NCBI GenBank assembly: GCA_002898315.1
Contig: BEHV01000002.1
Span: 92,145 to 156,144 of the forward strand
DNA: 64,000 nucleotides
Direction of reading: 5' to 3'
Source: a bacterium HR19
GTDB taxonomy: Bacteria > Calescibacteriota > Calescibacteriia > Calescibacteriales > Calescibacteriaceae
The notes below the pieces were generated by a model that saw only the letters and a program-made list of their open reading frames with translations, did no database searches and was not told the DNA's origin. Both the position numbers and the translations under genes were made by a program. Positions 63,830 through 64,000 of this stretch are shown here, in pieces (position 1 is the first letter of the stretch; every line of letters starts with the position of its first letter).

Positions 63830-64000
63830 TTACCGACTTAATTTTAGCAGGTTTATTGAGAATCCGATTCCTTCCTTGCCGAAGAGAGAGTATATTCCTC
63901 CTGCTCCTATTTTTTTAGAGTTGTGAAATAATATGAAGACAGTTCCCGAGTAATAATCTTTTTGTGCTTTTTCAGAGAGGTTGAACAATTTTTTCAGAGA
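63830..64000 (-). CDS. 3' end of an unidentified CDS running in from the window edge
   Basis: The minus-strand frame is open from nt 64000 to a TAA at 63830-63832 (…YYSGTVFILFHNSKKIGAGGIYSLFGKEGIGFSINLLKLSR*). It has plausible protein-like composition, but there is no start and no homology. Confidence 0.3.
   Translation of the reverse strand, partial: SLKKLFNLSEKAQKDYYSGTVFILFHNSKKIGAGGIYSLFGKEGIGFSINLLKLSR

Noticed and set aside
1-64000. A search for CRISPR arrays, IS elements, integrases, prophage, toxin-antitoxin or recognisable defence genes.
   Set aside because: No spaced direct-repeat arrays were found, and no transposase, integrase, recombinase or nuclease-helicase signatures appear in any ORF. 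All intergenic spacers are under 220 nt. The window looks like core chromosome.

Overview
This is a 64-kb, very gene-dense, visibly AT-rich bacterial chromosomal segment. It carries about 68 protein genes on both strands and three tRNAs (Ala-GGC, Asp-GUC, Arg-UCU). I saw no rRNA, CRISPR array, transposase, integrase or phage genes. Most of the content is housekeeping: hflX, mnmA, hemL, a type IIA topoisomerase A subunit, rimP, pstA, trpB, yidD, a nusB-like gene, hslV, fused nuoCD, ispE, argD, serS, cysS, parB, rtcB, sufB, nnr, kdsA and thiC. Envelope and glycan functions include a Wza-like exporter fragment, an RND pump with adaptor, LptE-like and LptF/G-like proteins, a SurA-like protein, an MCE protein, a beta-barrel OMP and two small glycan-modification clusters. 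Lipid metabolism is represented by MaoC hotdog proteins, a thiolase and an acyl-CoA dehydrogenase, and there is a pair of multihaem c-type cytochromes. The K/E/I-rich proteins, LPS genes and dispersed operons suggest a deep-branching, probably thermophilic diderm (Aquificota- or Thermodesulfobacteriota-like); this is inference only. The main observations are: (1) all three tRNA genes are followed after only 9-13 nt by a same-strand CDS with no Shine-Dalgarno (tRNA-Ala -> Whirly-like gene, tRNA-Asp -> hslV, tRNA-Arg -> rtcB), which suggests tRNA-punctuated mRNA maturation; (2) a 179-aa protein aligns by eye with plant Whirly ssDNA-binding proteins and ends in an SSB-like acidic tail; (3) three phased ACGGGGT direct repeats sit in the promoter of an HDOD signalling gene; (4) an SD-sequestering hairpin precedes a zinc-ribbon mini-protein gene; (5) a DUF1015 gene is followed by an orphan radical SAM/SPASM enzyme with no visible precursor peptide; (6) canonical operons are extremely dispersed. 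I did not find a clear-cut multi-gene novel (for example defence-type) system, so the candidates below are hypotheses.
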